Shown: piece by piece, positions 48,300 to 58,525 of the stretch
Position numbering within the stretch: position 1 is the first letter of the stretch
Layout: each line of letters opens with the position of its first letter
Source of the DNA: Candidatus Heimdallarchaeota archaeon
Lineage (GTDB): Archaea; Asgardarchaeota; Heimdallarchaeia; Heimdallarchaeales; Heimdallarchaeaceae
Reading direction: 5' to 3'
DNA length: 64,000 nucleotides
Assembly (NCBI GenBank): GCA_019057815.1
Contig: JAHLWR010000012.1
Span: 60,273 to 124,272, forward strand
Translations under genes and position numbers: made by a program
The notes under the pieces: generated by a model
Seen by the model: only the letters and a program-made list of their open reading frames with translations
Database searches by the model: none
What the model was told of the DNA's origin: nothing

Positions 48300-49442
48300 C
48301 TAGTCAAGTAACAGTTTCATTTCTTTTGTCAGTATATCAATATCTTCTTGGGAATTATAGAAATGTGGACTAATTCTTAACCCACCATACCTACTAGAAA
48401 CGACAATTTTTCGAATTGATAGTTTCTGAGCTAATTCGATACTGTTATTCAATTTTACATTTATTATTCCTGATCTAAAATCCTTTTCTAGAGGTGTCAG
48501 AAAGGTTTTATCTGGCATTTCTTCTAATTTTCCTATAAGATAATCAGTTATATCTAAGATTCTCTTCTCAACATTTTCTATTCCATAATCATCTATAATT
48601 TTCATTCCTGCATATGCTACATGATACATCATGTTACCGGTGTTAGAAATGGAGAATTTATCGATTGTTGGTAAAAACTCTAATTTTTTAACATCCCAAT
48701 AAGGAGCCTCAATATTTCCATAATCTGTTCCTTGATAACCTGCGAAAGGCGGATAATATTCATCCACCAATTCCTCTTTCATAAAGAAAAATCCTGTCTG
48801 ATTTGGTCCTAGTAACCATTTTGCTGTACCACTAGTTAGAAAATCTACGTCCCAATCTCTCACATCATTTTTCATAACACCAGTTGATTGAATTGTATCC
48901 ACAACTATTTTTGCATCATTTTCATGTGCAATTTTTGCTATTTCTTTCACATCTACTTTGAACCCGTTTAACCATTGCACATGGCTTATCAAGACGATTT
49001 TTGTGTTATTATCGATTTTTTCTGCAAAATCTTCAGGAAGTATACTCCCATTTCTATCTTGTACAGTTCTATATTCTACACCTTTCGTTTTTTGTAGAAA
49101 CAATGCGCTATACACTTGAGACACATAATCATTCCAATAACAAACTATGTTGCTATTTTTATCATAATTCATAACATTAAGGGCAATATTAGTCCCTTGA
49201 GTTACATCAGAAGTAAAAGTTATTTCCTCTTTTTTAGCGTTAGTAAGTTTAGCAAAAAGAGCGCGCGATTCTTCTTTTTTGTTTTTTGCTTCTGTGAAAT
49301 CAAACTTCTTCCAAAAATCTAAATATTCCTGCATAGCTTTTGATGTTCTTCCATGTAATGGACCTGTTGAAGCGTGATTTAAGAAGGTTAATTCGTTAAG
49401 TGTTGGAGAATCAGCTCTTATTTTTTCAATATACGCATCCAT
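48300..49442 (-). CDS. Class V PLP-dependent aminotransferase-fold enzyme
   Basis: FLNHASTGP, SHVQW, VDTIQ, KWLLGP, RISPHFYN; lacks the cysteine-desulfurase catalytic Cys; start at MDAY (track start 49463). Confidence 0.85.
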   Translation of the reverse strand: MDAYIEKIRADSPTLNELTFLNHASTGPLHGRTSKAMQEYLDFWKKFDFTEAKNKKEESRALFAKLTNAKKEEITFTSDVTQGTNIALNVMNYDKNSNIVCYWNDYVSQVYSALFLQKTKGVEYRTVQDRNGSILPEDFAEKIDNNTKIVLISHVQWLNGFKVDVKEIAKIAHENDAKIVVDTIQSTGVMKNDVRDWDVDFLTSGTAKWLLGPNQTGFFFMKEELVDEYYPPFAGYQGTDYGNIEAPYWDVKKLEFLPTIDKFSISNTGNMMYHVAYAGMKIIDDYGIENVEKRILDITDYLIGKLEEMPDKTFLTPLEKDFRSGIINVKLNNSIELAQKLSIRKIVVSSRYGGLRISPHFYNSQEDIDILTKEMKLLLD

Positions 49443-49464
49443 AAGGAATAGAAATACTATCAAT

Positions 49465-49685
49465 CTTTATATTTTTCTCAACTTACTTATAGAGAAATCT
49501 TTCTTCAAATCATTTAAAAGTAAATATTTGAATTGAACATTCCTTTTTACATACAACAATAGAATACCCATTAAACATATTATTCCAGCAACTTCAGTGA
49601 TGTATACCTCTGGTTGAAGGAACATTTCCCAGAAAGTTTTAGTTCTAGGTTGAAAATCATATTTGAAGAAAGGATATAGCCAAGG
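49465..49685 (-). pseudogene. Duplicated 3' fragment of the metal-dependent hydrolase gene 50359..50925
   Basis: PWLYPFFKYDFQPRTKTFWEMFLQPEVYI...NDLKKDFSISKLRK vs PWFYPFIQYDFQPRIQTFWEMFLQPEVYI...NDLKKDFSISKLRK; DNA repeat with 50357..50577. Confidence 0.85.
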
Positions 49686-49874
49686 GTGAAACCTCTTCAA
49701 ACGACAGTTAGAAATCCTCTGGAAAGTTTAATCAAGTTTCATAACGTGCGTTGGTAAATTCCCTTGAATCTATCTGAGGTGGAGATGTATTTCGGTTTCG
49801 TTCCATCAAGATCCATAAACATATACAATCGAGCAAGTCAACTAAATTTATTTAAATAACAAATACAATGTTAA

Positions 49875-50273
49875 TTGATGAATAAACAAATAGAATATCA
49901 ACAACCAGCAGACATTCTTGTATCAATTAATGTTACTAATTTGAAAAAAGCAGAAAAATTTTGGGTTGAGGATTTAGGACTTAAAAGAGGATGGGATAAA
50001 GGATTTGATGATGGATGGCTTGAGATTGATACTCCAGTGAAAGGTTTTATTATTGGCTTGAATCTAGTTAAAGAAGAAGAGTTAGAAAGAGAAAATTCTA
50101 GAATAAATATCGCTGTGAAAAATGTTGAATCAGCTAAAGAATATCTAGAAAAAAGAGGAATCCAAGTATCAGAAATAAAAACTATACCTGGAGTATTAAA
50201 AATCTTAACTACATTTGATCCTGATAAGAATCCCATTTCATTCGTTGAAGGATTGAATAAATACAGATACTGA
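49875..50273 (+). CDS. VOC/glyoxalase family protein
   Basis: INVTNLKKAEKFWVEDLG, IAVKNVE, DPDKNPI. Confidence 0.85.
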   Translation: MMNKQIEYQQPADILVSINVTNLKKAEKFWVEDLGLKRGWDKGFDDGWLEIDTPVKGFIIGLNLVKEEELERENSRINIAVKNVESAKEYLEKRGIQVSEIKTIPGVLKILTTFDPDKNPISFVEGLNKYRY

Positions 50274-50358
50274 AGCAGTGTTATTGACTGTGTTTGATTA
50301 ATGATTAAGAATGAATCTATTCCAATTTTTAGGTTCAAAAACTGTAACCTGTCACCCT

Positions 50359-50925
50359 TTATCTTTTTCTCAACTTACTTATAGAGAAATCTTTCTTCAA
50401 ATCATTGTAAAGGATATTTTTGATTTGAGCTTTTCTGTTAAAATACAGTAAAAGAATAGCTGTCAAACATACTAAACCAATTATCTCGTTAATATATACC
50501 TCTGGTTGAAGGAACATTTCCCAGAAAGTCTGTATTCTAGGTTGAAAATCATATTGAATGAAAGGATAGAACCAAGGTATAAATCCTCCAACATCTAATA
50601 AAATGTGCATCTGCCATCCTAAGATAAATCCTAGGTAAAATCTTTTTCTTTTCCTGAAAACAAGAAAAACTGCAATTGAAATCAGCAAATTAAATAGAAG
50701 ACTGTGACCTATATGCCTACCAAAACCTGTGAAAGGCTGTATCAATATTTTGTCTATAAGATCAGGTCCCATAGCTCCAAAGAGGATTGCAATAATTGAA
50801 AAATAATTAATCCCCCATTTATCTTCTTTCTCCTTTGATCTCTTTTTAACCCATAGAAAATAATATATTAAGGAAATTATTTCAGCAAATAATATTGTAT
50901 AACCTTCATGAGCAAAAAGAAACAT
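50359..50925 (-). CDS. Membrane-bound metal-dependent hydrolase (YdjM-like)
   Basis: AH, GPDLIDK, GRHIGHSLL, HILLD. Confidence 0.8.
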   Translation of the reverse strand: MFLFAHEGYTILFAEIISLIYYFLWVKKRSKEKEDKWGINYFSIIAILFGAMGPDLIDKILIQPFTGFGRHIGHSLLFNLLISIAVFLVFRKRKRFYLGFILGWQMHILLDVGGFIPWFYPFIQYDFQPRIQTFWEMFLQPEVYINEIIGLVCLTAILLLYFNRKAQIKNILYNDLKKDFSISKLRKR

Positions 50926-50942
50926 TGTAAAACACTTATTTT

Positions 50943-51503
50943 TTACTTCGACCGTTCGTACTTAATCATAGATCTTAAGATAACATCCAAAAGGCGGTAA
51001 AGACCTTTTTTCTCTTTTGCTGATACTTCTTCATACGAATGTTCAACATTATCTCGCATTGATGTTCGATTCAATCTGAATATAAGCTGCTTAGCATCTA
51101 TTGGATCCAATGTTCTATCTGATTTCTCTCTCAAATCAGATTTATTTCCAACCAAAACAATGGGGACATGTTTTCTCCCGCTATAGCTTGTTAATTCTTC
51201 GATCCAATAATATGTATGCCTGAAGGTATCTGGAGAGCTTATATCATAAACAACAAGTGCGCCATCTGTCATTTTGTAAACCTTTGATTTGTCAGTTTTC
51301 ACCAGTTCTCTTCCTGGAATATCTTGAAGTTCTATCAAATATTTTTCACCTTCAAAACTTTTAATTATTTCGTATATATCCATCCTGATAGATGGTTTTA
51401 TTTTTACATCTGGTTCAATTTGTGCAAGACTACGAAAAAGAGTTGACTTACCAGAGTTAACATCTCCAAGAACTAGTACTTTAAATCTTTTCAACATGAC
51501 CAT
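50943..51503 (-). CDS. Divergent Rab/Ras-like small GTPase
   Basis: GDVNSGKS, DIPGR (no Gln), GNKSD, EVSAK. Confidence 0.85.
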   Translation of the reverse strand: MVMLKRFKVLVLGDVNSGKSTLFRSLAQIEPDVKIKPSIRMDIYEIIKSFEGEKYLIELQDIPGRELVKTDKSKVYKMTDGALVVYDISSPDTFRHTYYWIEELTSYSGRKHVPIVLVGNKSDLREKSDRTLDPIDAKQLIFRLNRTSMRDNVEHSYEEVSAKEKKGLYRLLDVILRSMIKYERSK

Positions 51504-51588
51504 TCCTAACCTAGATTATTTCTCACTTAAAAATATCTTATCATACATACAGTTTTATTTTATTGATATTTCTTTTACATTTTAAATA

Positions 51589-52500
51589 TTAATCTTCTTG
51601 TTTCAAGTTTTTATGTTGCATTAAAGCAGTGTTTATTACAGAATCAAGCTTATCCACATAATCTTCAATTGGAGATAGCTCATTCTTAATCAGACTAGAG
51701 ATAGAATAGGAAGCTGTTTGTAAATCTTGATCTCCCATCCTATTTGTTGAACCGATACAAACACTGAAATCTTTCTCCATTGTAATATAAGCTGTAAAAA
51801 CTTGTGTTGAAATTTTTTGGTTTTTAACGTCAATTTCTCGCATATTGCTTATTCTATCAAAAATAAAAGATTTAGTTTCATTTGTTATAGAAATTCCAGA
51901 ATTTTCATATACAAGATCATTAGATTTGTTGTAAATGAAAACAAAAGAGATGGTGGTTTTCTTACTTATTGATTGACGGATTTTATGAAATAACCAATTC
52001 ATTGATTCGTCAACGTTTTTACCAGTTTTCGCAGATATTTCAAAAATCCTAAAAGATCTATCAGGATAAGAAGCAATTTTGTCAAGTCTGAATTCATTGA
52101 TAATTGTCTCTTTACTAAGAAAGTTTTTAGCTTCGGATTTTAAGTCTACTTTATTAGCAAGAAAAACCATTACAGCGCTTTTAGAAATCCAACTTAATAC
52201 ACTGTTGAACCATACTCTAGCATCTTTTAATTTTTGTTTATCAAATATATCAAAAACAAAAATGACTCCTTTAGCAATTGTAGTATAATGCGGCCATAAA
52301 GCTTCTCGAAATTGTTTTTGACCACCAATATCTATTGCTTGAATTGTCAAATCATCTTTTCTTATGATTTCTACATTCAAACCTATTGTTGTATAGGTGG
52401 GAACGAATCCTTTTCCAGCTATCCTATACAATAATGTTGATTTTCCAGCATTTTCTAATCCCAAGATGATTATATTAATCGGATTCTTCTTTTCGTTCAT
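51589..52500 (-). CDS. Arf-like GTPase with ~125-aa C-terminal domain
   Basis: GLENAGKS, TTIG, DIGGQ, ANKVD, SAK. Confidence 0.88.
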   Translation of the reverse strand: MNEKKNPINIIILGLENAGKSTLLYRIAGKGFVPTYTTIGLNVEIIRKDDLTIQAIDIGGQKQFREALWPHYTTIAKGVIFVFDIFDKQKLKDARVWFNSVLSWISKSAVMVFLANKVDLKSEAKNFLSKETIINEFRLDKIASYPDRSFRIFEISAKTGKNVDESMNWLFHKIRQSISKKTTISFVFIYNKSNDLVYENSGISITNETKSFIFDRISNMREIDVKNQKISTQVFTAYITMEKDFSVCIGSTNRMGDQDLQTASYSISSLIKNELSPIEDYVDKLDSVINTALMQHKNLKQED

Positions 52501-52685
52501 AGGTAAATACCTCTTACTTATTTCTCGATTACTATTTGTACATTTATCAAATGAAATAAATTTTTACGACTATTTATTCTATTTGCATATTCGTTACTTA
52601 TTCAGTAGTTTTTTGCATACTTGCTCTAGTATCGCTAATCTCTATTTCTAAATCTAGTTTTTTGAGTGAATACCTCTTCTCTTCT

Positions 52686-52988
52686 TCAGAAACAAGGATA
52701 AGACTTCCTATTACATCCAGAATTGATGATTCTAAATCTAGTTTTGTAGCTTTTTCCAGTTTCTATTTTCTGTGCGATAAGGTTAAGTTTTATTAAGGTT
52801 TCCTGAATCGCTGTTTCAAGATCTTTCTTCTTAGTTCTTTTTTCCTTCTTAGGGGTAGTTTTTAAGTTTCTAAAAGAAATTACTACTACAGTTACTGTGG
52901 GAGATTTTGCTTTTATTGAGTTTTTCTTAATATGTGATTTTAATTTCGATTGACCTTTCTTTGGAGATGTCAATTCTTTCACCTGCAA
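52686..52988 (-). CDS. Possible Lys-rich hypothetical protein (doubtful)
   Basis: ORF only; low complexity. Confidence 0.25.
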   Translation of the reverse strand: MQVKELTSPKKGQSKLKSHIKKNSIKAKSPTVTVVVISFRNLKTTPKKEKRTKKKDLETAIQETLIKLNLIAQKIETGKSYKTRFRIINSGCNRKSYPCF

Positions 52989-53138
52989 ATTAAAAATTAG
53001 TAAAACAATTCTTTTTCATATATTTTAAGCTATCTACTTGTATATCTGAAATTTCCCTGAATCCTCTTATATAGTTATAATATCTTTTCAGATTATCTAA
53101 ACTTTTGTATATTACGTTTTGAAACCTAGATGTACTAA

Positions 53139-54515
53139 ATGTGTGTAATGAATGAATTGATAATTGTAACTAATAAATTAAGATTTCAACAGTTACATTT
53201 TTATTCTTCTTTCACTAGTGCTTATAGAACAATGAATAGTAGTAACAATCTTCAAAACCAAATTGAGAGGTTAAAAACTTTATATCAAATCGCACATTCA
53301 TCAAAAATCTCAATATCTTTAGCAACTACTATAGAAGAACTTATCTTAAAATTAAGCGAATTCTATGAAACTGAAGATATATGCATCTATTTGTTTAACG
53401 AAAAAAAGAATACAATTATATTTTATAAAATTTTAAACAAGGAACTTGAAAGAAAAAGTATATTAGATGAGAAGTTAAAATTAAGAATTCTATCAATAGA
53501 AAAACCCGTTATAAGTAAAAAATCATTCGCTTTTCGAACAAATGCAACAACATTGTATTTACCTTATAAAGACGATGAAACAGCAGATTTCATGGTTGAG
53601 ATACAATTACAAGAGATTTCGATAGATCCGAACATTGTTATTAATGAAATGATCCATGTTCTTCCTTTTATTAAATTAACCCTTGGAAACATAATGCTCC
53701 GAAGAATAATAAATTCTCAAGAAAAGGAAACTCTGAAGATCTTGAATAGTAGTTTTGTAGCTATTGCTTCAATTAATTCAAAAGGTTCAATTGTTTTTAT
53801 AAACAATATGTTTGAGAAGATGACTGGATATTCATTAAGAGAGTTGAGTGGTTCTTCAATATTAATTAATCAGATTTTTCCTGAATATCAATTCTTAATT
53901 CTTGAAGAACATATAAATGAGGAAGAAGTATATATCATAAGAAGAAAAGATGGAATTGAACTACCTTGTAATGTATCTATCACGCAAGTTACAGAAAACG
54001 AAGAAACCACATTAATACTTAACTTAACTGATATTAGTTATAACATAAAGATGAAAGAAGAAATTGAAAATCTCAGAATGTTACTAGCAAATGAGGATAA
54101 TATCGGAGTCGCTATTTTCAGATTTGCAGTAGCAGGAGGAGAATTGATTGTAGAAGATTTAAGGAGCGTTAATATTGATCCTGGAGTTTTTTCAACTTTG
54201 TGCTACTCAAGTATTGCTCAAGGACACAAACGAGAAACTGGTGTTTTTGGACCTATTCCAGCTCCAATGCTTGAAAATTACAGAGTGTTACTTTTTACAT
54301 TCTCTGGAAAAGATGATATTCCTTTGGATCGTAGGATGAAGGATATACAGTATTACATGGTTTCAGTGATTTTTCCAGAAAATAAGATAGAATTCCTTAT
54401 ATCAAATAAGAAAATCGAACAAAAATTCATGAAATATATAAAAAATTTTGACTATCCAAACAGGATGAAAAAAGAGGATTTAACGTTTTTCAGGGAAACT
54501 AGTTTTGTTGAATGA
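53139..54515 (+). CDS. GAF-like + PAS + uncharacterised C-terminal alpha/beta domain protein
   Basis: PAS: IVFINNMFEKMTGYSLRELSG...RRKDG...LTDIS; C-terminal YSSIAQG...FGPIP...DRRM; likely start at 53232. Confidence 0.75.
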   Translation: MCVMNELIIVTNKLRFQQLHFYSSFTSAYRTMNSSNNLQNQIERLKTLYQIAHSSKISISLATTIEELILKLSEFYETEDICIYLFNEKKNTIIFYKILNKELERKSILDEKLKLRILSIEKPVISKKSFAFRTNATTLYLPYKDDETADFMVEIQLQEISIDPNIVINEMIHVLPFIKLTLGNIMLRRIINSQEKETLKILNSSFVAIASINSKGSIVFINNMFEKMTGYSLRELSGSSILINQIFPEYQFLILEEHINEEEVYIIRRKDGIELPCNVSITQVTENEETTLILNLTDISYNIKMKEEIENLRMLLANEDNIGVAIFRFAVAGGELIVEDLRSVNIDPGVFSTLCYSSIAQGHKRETGVFGPIPAPMLENYRVLLFTFSGKDDIPLDRRMKDIQYYMVSVIFPENKIEFLISNKKIEQKFMKYIKNFDYPNRMKKEDLTFFRETSFVE

Positions 54516-54654
54516 AACCTTAAATCATTTATATTAGTTTAAATTACAAAATTCTACTAGGAATCAATATAGAATTCATAATATAGGTTTATGAAATATT
54601 CTCAAGTAACCATAATAAAAGTTATATTCTATTTGGACTAAGTTATTTGAGAAT

Positions 54655-55590
54655 ATGTCATCATTACATTTAGATAAAAAAGGTGTGCCTGTTACTCTTA
54701 TAGGACTAGATAACGCAGGAAAGACAAGTTTAGCACTAAGATTGAGAAAAGGAATGTGGGTAGAAGAAACATCACCTACAATAGGTGTAAACTTTGAAAT
54801 GTATAGAATAGGGGATATTCAATTCAAAATATTTGATGTTGGAGGTCATAAAGCCTTTCGTCGCCAATTTTGGTTGAATTTTGCATCTTTCAGTTATGGT
54901 ATATTATATGTCTTTGACTCTTCGGATAGAAAAAGAATAGAAGAAGGGAAAGAAGTTTTCTGGCAGCTCATCGAGAATCTTGAAATTGAAAGCAGAATTG
55001 TGATAGCTTTTCTAGCAAATAAATCTGATCTAGAAGGTATGGAACTCGATGAAATCATTAAAGAACTGGATCTTCAAAAAATAAGTAAATATCCAAAGAT
55101 AAGTTTTCAAATCTTTAAAATAAGTGTTAAAACTGCACAAAACATCGATAATGCATTTGAGTGGTTTTCTAAAAAAATAAAGGAATTGAGCAAAGTACAG
55201 TTAATCACCCCGAAAGGGCTACTTATTTCTTCAAGTCTTGGGAACACTAAACTGTTTTTAGATTTTACAGATGTTACTGAGAATGTTGATACGATTATTG
55301 AAATGCTCTTTGTAGCTAGTACTAAACGAAAAACAATCCAAAATGAAAAAGTTGCAAGTATTCTTTCTAACTATGCAAAAATTGTATTTCAAGAAAGAAA
55401 CGAAATTATAATCTCAATTATAGTAGAACAGAACGATTCTCAAATAGAAGCTCAAAGGTTCATAGAATTAATATTTGAACATCTAGAAACGAAGAAAACA
55501 AGTTCAAAAGAAGGACTTATTGATTTCATTGTAAAAACCTTAGAAATACCCGAAAAAGAGTTAAGAACGGTAAGAGAAATAAATATTTAA
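54655..55590 (+). CDS. Arf-like GTPase with C-terminal domain
   Basis: GLDNAGKT, PTIG, DVGGH, ANKSD, SVK. Confidence 0.88.
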   Translation: MSSLHLDKKGVPVTLIGLDNAGKTSLALRLRKGMWVEETSPTIGVNFEMYRIGDIQFKIFDVGGHKAFRRQFWLNFASFSYGILYVFDSSDRKRIEEGKEVFWQLIENLEIESRIVIAFLANKSDLEGMELDEIIKELDLQKISKYPKISFQIFKISVKTAQNIDNAFEWFSKKIKELSKVQLITPKGLLISSSLGNTKLFLDFTDVTENVDTIIEMLFVASTKRKTIQNEKVASILSNYAKIVFQERNEIIISIIVEQNDSQIEAQRFIELIFEHLETKKTSSKEGLIDFIVKTLEIPEKELRTVREINI

Positions 55591-55655
55591 AGCGATTTCT
55601 TATAAGTTCAAAATTTGAGAAGATTTCTAGAAGTAATCATATTAGAAGAAAAGTG

Positions 55656-56552
55656 TTAAATGAATTCAATTGTTTCAATCGAATTTAATAGAAAATCTTT
55701 ATCTACTTTTAAATCCCTTCTAATTCTATACAATGTTTCGAACATTAAGGTTAAACTTAATTCTCTAGCTAGATTCTGGCTATCATCTTTATCAATATAA
55801 GTTATCGCATAGTAATCTCCTTTTCTTATTATATGAACAACAAAATCTCCTATGTTGATGAAAGGTAAGGAATCTATCATTTTTAAGGAATGAGTATTGA
55901 AAGCACCCATAGTTTCTTCTAAAAATTCTTTCTTTTCATTTTCAATTAATATTTCACTTATGATTGGTTCTAAGCGTTCATCTAATAGTTCGAAAGCATA
56001 TATGTCCAAAGAGGTTTTAGATTCCATCCTTTTTCTAATTGCATTGGTTATCCAATCCCAACATTCATTTATGTTTTGACCAGTAACATTTGATGTTTCA
56101 AAAATCCTAAAACTTTTTGAAGGTGAATCACTGAATTTTGATAACGCTAATCCTTGTACTACTTCTTCTAAAGGCATTGCACTCTCAAGATCAGACTTAT
56201 TTGCAAAGAAAGCAAAATTAGCTCCTTTTGGCAACCATTCATCTACTTTCCACAACCATTCTTTTGCTATTGACAATCTTTCTTTATCAGATCTATCAAA
56301 GATAAAAATACAACCATGGCATGAAGTAACAAAATTCTCCCAAAAAGTGTTCCTGTATGCAATTTGACCACCTAAATCAACTAAGTCAAAACGATAGCTT
56401 TCTTTCCGAATTATGTCAACTTGAAATCCGATTGTTGGGGAAATATCGTCTTTAAATTCACCTGTTTTCAGTCTATGAACTAGAGTAGTTTTTCCAGCAT
56501 TCCCTAAACCTGTTATTGCAATCAATGGATGGATTTTTCTTTTAGTAACCAT
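55656..56552 (-). CDS. Arf-like GTPase with C-terminal domain
   Basis: GLGNAGKT, PTIG, DLGGQ, ANKSD, ETS. Confidence 0.88.
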   Translation of the reverse strand: MVTKRKIHPLIAITGLGNAGKTTLVHRLKTGEFKDDISPTIGFQVDIIRKESYRFDLVDLGGQIAYRNTFWENFVTSCHGCIFIFDRSDKERLSIAKEWLWKVDEWLPKGANFAFFANKSDLESAMPLEEVVQGLALSKFSDSPSKSFRIFETSNVTGQNINECWDWITNAIRKRMESKTSLDIYAFELLDERLEPIISEILIENEKKEFLEETMGAFNTHSLKMIDSLPFINIGDFVVHIIRKGDYYAITYIDKDDSQNLARELSLTLMFETLYRIRRDLKVDKDFLLNSIETIEFI

Positions 56553-56871
56553 CTTTATCTCCTAATTGTAAAGAGTATATTTGTATTTAAATAGATTTGT
56601 AGAGTCCTAAAAGAAAAGTGTGTTAATATTGAAAATATTATTACAATAGTTCGATTAATCACTAAATAATATTTCATGAAAAAAAGAAATATTCCGGATT
56701 TGCTATAATAAAGCAGGGAACAAGGATATTCACAAAGAGAACGTTGATAATCAGTTGATTACTAGAAAACTCTTTTTATACTTTGATAATAATATCATAA
56801 CCTATAACAATATCTGTTAAGATGAAGAAATTAATATAGGGTAATCGAATTAAAATGTTAGTGGTTTTAAG

Positions 56872-57828
56872 ATGAAGAGAATAACAATAGCAATAACTGG
56901 TCTTCCTAATGCTGGAAAAACAAGTTTCACGCAGAGACTCTTAACTGGTTCATATATATCATTTCTACCTACTCTAGGAGTTGATGTAGAATTTGCTAAG
57001 TATAAAGATTATCCTCTTCAGATTTGGGATATGGGAGGGCAAATAGCTTTTAGAAGGCATATTTGGGAAAATTATGTTAAGCAATCTTCAGCGATTATTT
57101 ATGTTTTTGATGCTTCAGATTTATCTCATCTAGAAGAAGGTGTTGAATGGTTCTGGAAAGTTCTCTCATGGACTGAAAAGAAAGATATTCCTATTTTATT
57201 TTTAGCAAATAAACGGGATTTAGTGCAAGATAGAGAATCAATAATGGAAAAAGTTATTTCTAGTTTCCGTCTTAATGAACTTGGTTCATCAGATTCTCTC
57301 CGTTCTTTTCGTTTCTTCTTTGTTTCTGTAAAAACAGGTGCATATATAGATGAGGCGATGAATTGGTTAATCATAAAGCAATTTGTGGAGACGAAACAAA
57401 TAATCTCAGAGATTGTCTCTTTTGATATGTTTATTGTAGGAGAAGACTTTTATGCCCATTATCATGATAATTCTGACAAAAGAAATCAAATTAGTGAGTT
57501 AATTGAGAACTACAAAAAGAAATGGATTCAATCAAAAAAATTTCCTGTAACCTTAGTTGAAGAAATGATTTATGGTGAATACAGAGTTCTATATCTTTCA
57601 TTTCCAAATAAAGCAATAGTATTAACAACAAAAACAGAGACAGATGAAAGATCCACACTTACAAATATGTTAAATAACATAACTGTACCATTACCTTTAA
57701 GTGATTGTAATAAAGCATATGAGCTTCTTGACTATACAATAGAGGAGCTTAACAAGGTGTTTCTAACATATATATCAGCTTCTCTAAGTTGTGATATTAT
57801 AGCTGACGAATTAATTAAACAAATGTAA
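56872..57828 (+). CDS. Arf-like GTPase with C-terminal domain
   Basis: GLPNAGKT, PTLG, WDMGGQ, ANKRD, SVK. Confidence 0.88.
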   Translation: MKRITIAITGLPNAGKTSFTQRLLTGSYISFLPTLGVDVEFAKYKDYPLQIWDMGGQIAFRRHIWENYVKQSSAIIYVFDASDLSHLEEGVEWFWKVLSWTEKKDIPILFLANKRDLVQDRESIMEKVISSFRLNELGSSDSLRSFRFFFVSVKTGAYIDEAMNWLIIKQFVETKQIISEIVSFDMFIVGEDFYAHYHDNSDKRNQISELIENYKKKWIQSKKFPVTLVEEMIYGEYRVLYLSFPNKAIVLTTKTETDERSTLTNMLNNITVPLPLSDCNKAYELLDYTIEELNKVFLTYISASLSCDIIADELIKQM

Positions 57829-57866
57829 AAAATCAACTTTTCTCTAAGTCATCTCATACTCATAAT

Positions 57867-58421
57867 TTATTTATTCATCTTTCTTATTGCTTTTCCTAAA
57901 TATTCAAAAGCTAAATCGATATTCAAACCAATTTTTGCACTAGTTTCTAGGAGATAGTTTTTTACATTAGATTGACTTGTTTTCTTGTTTAGCTGTTGTA
58001 CATATTTTTCAACATCTTTCATACGAGTGCTCTTTCTAGTTCTGAGATCTGCTTTATTTGCTAGCACAATGACGGGAACAACACCTCTACCATTAAATCT
58101 ATAGAGTTCGTCAAGCCACTTTGAACAATTCAAAAAAGTTTCTTTTCGAGTAATATCAAAAACAAGAAGAGCTCCCATACTTCCGTTATAGAATCTTGCT
58201 CGAACTTGTTGAAAAATTTGTTGACCTCCTAAATCCCATATTTGGAATTTCCATGTTTCATTAGGAAGGATTTGCTTATCAATTACCGAGAAGTCAGCAC
58301 CAAGCGTCATTAAGTGACTCTGTTGAAAACCATACCCCATAAAACTATTCCTAATACTCGTTTTTCCGACAGCTCCATCGCCTATTAACGTGATTTTAAA
58401 AATATAATTTGTATGGTTCAC
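57867..58421 (-). CDS. Rab-like small GTPase
   Basis: GDGAVGKT, TLG, WDLGGQ, ANKAD, ETSAK. Confidence 0.92.
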   Translation of the reverse strand: MNHTNYIFKITLIGDGAVGKTSIRNSFMGYGFQQSHLMTLGADFSVIDKQILPNETWKFQIWDLGGQQIFQQVRARFYNGSMGALLVFDITRKETFLNCSKWLDELYRFNGRGVVPVIVLANKADLRTRKSTRMKDVEKYVQQLNKKTSQSNVKNYLLETSAKIGLNIDLAFEYLGKAIRKMNK

Positions 58422-58525
58422 AATATAACTATGCTCATATAATCTAAAAAGGTAATTATTACGTTGTGCAGAGTACTATTACGTTACAATAAAGTTTTTA
58501 ACATAACATTTAAAAAACAAATCAG

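Noticed and set aside
48300-49442. Cysteine desulfurase (SufS/IscS) call
   Set aside because: The C-terminal catalytic Cys loop is absent (VSSRYGGLRIS).
49700-49840. Possible transposase remnant between the duplicated fragment and the VOC gene
   Set aside because: Only short open frames, with no DDE motif or terminal inverted repeats recognisable.
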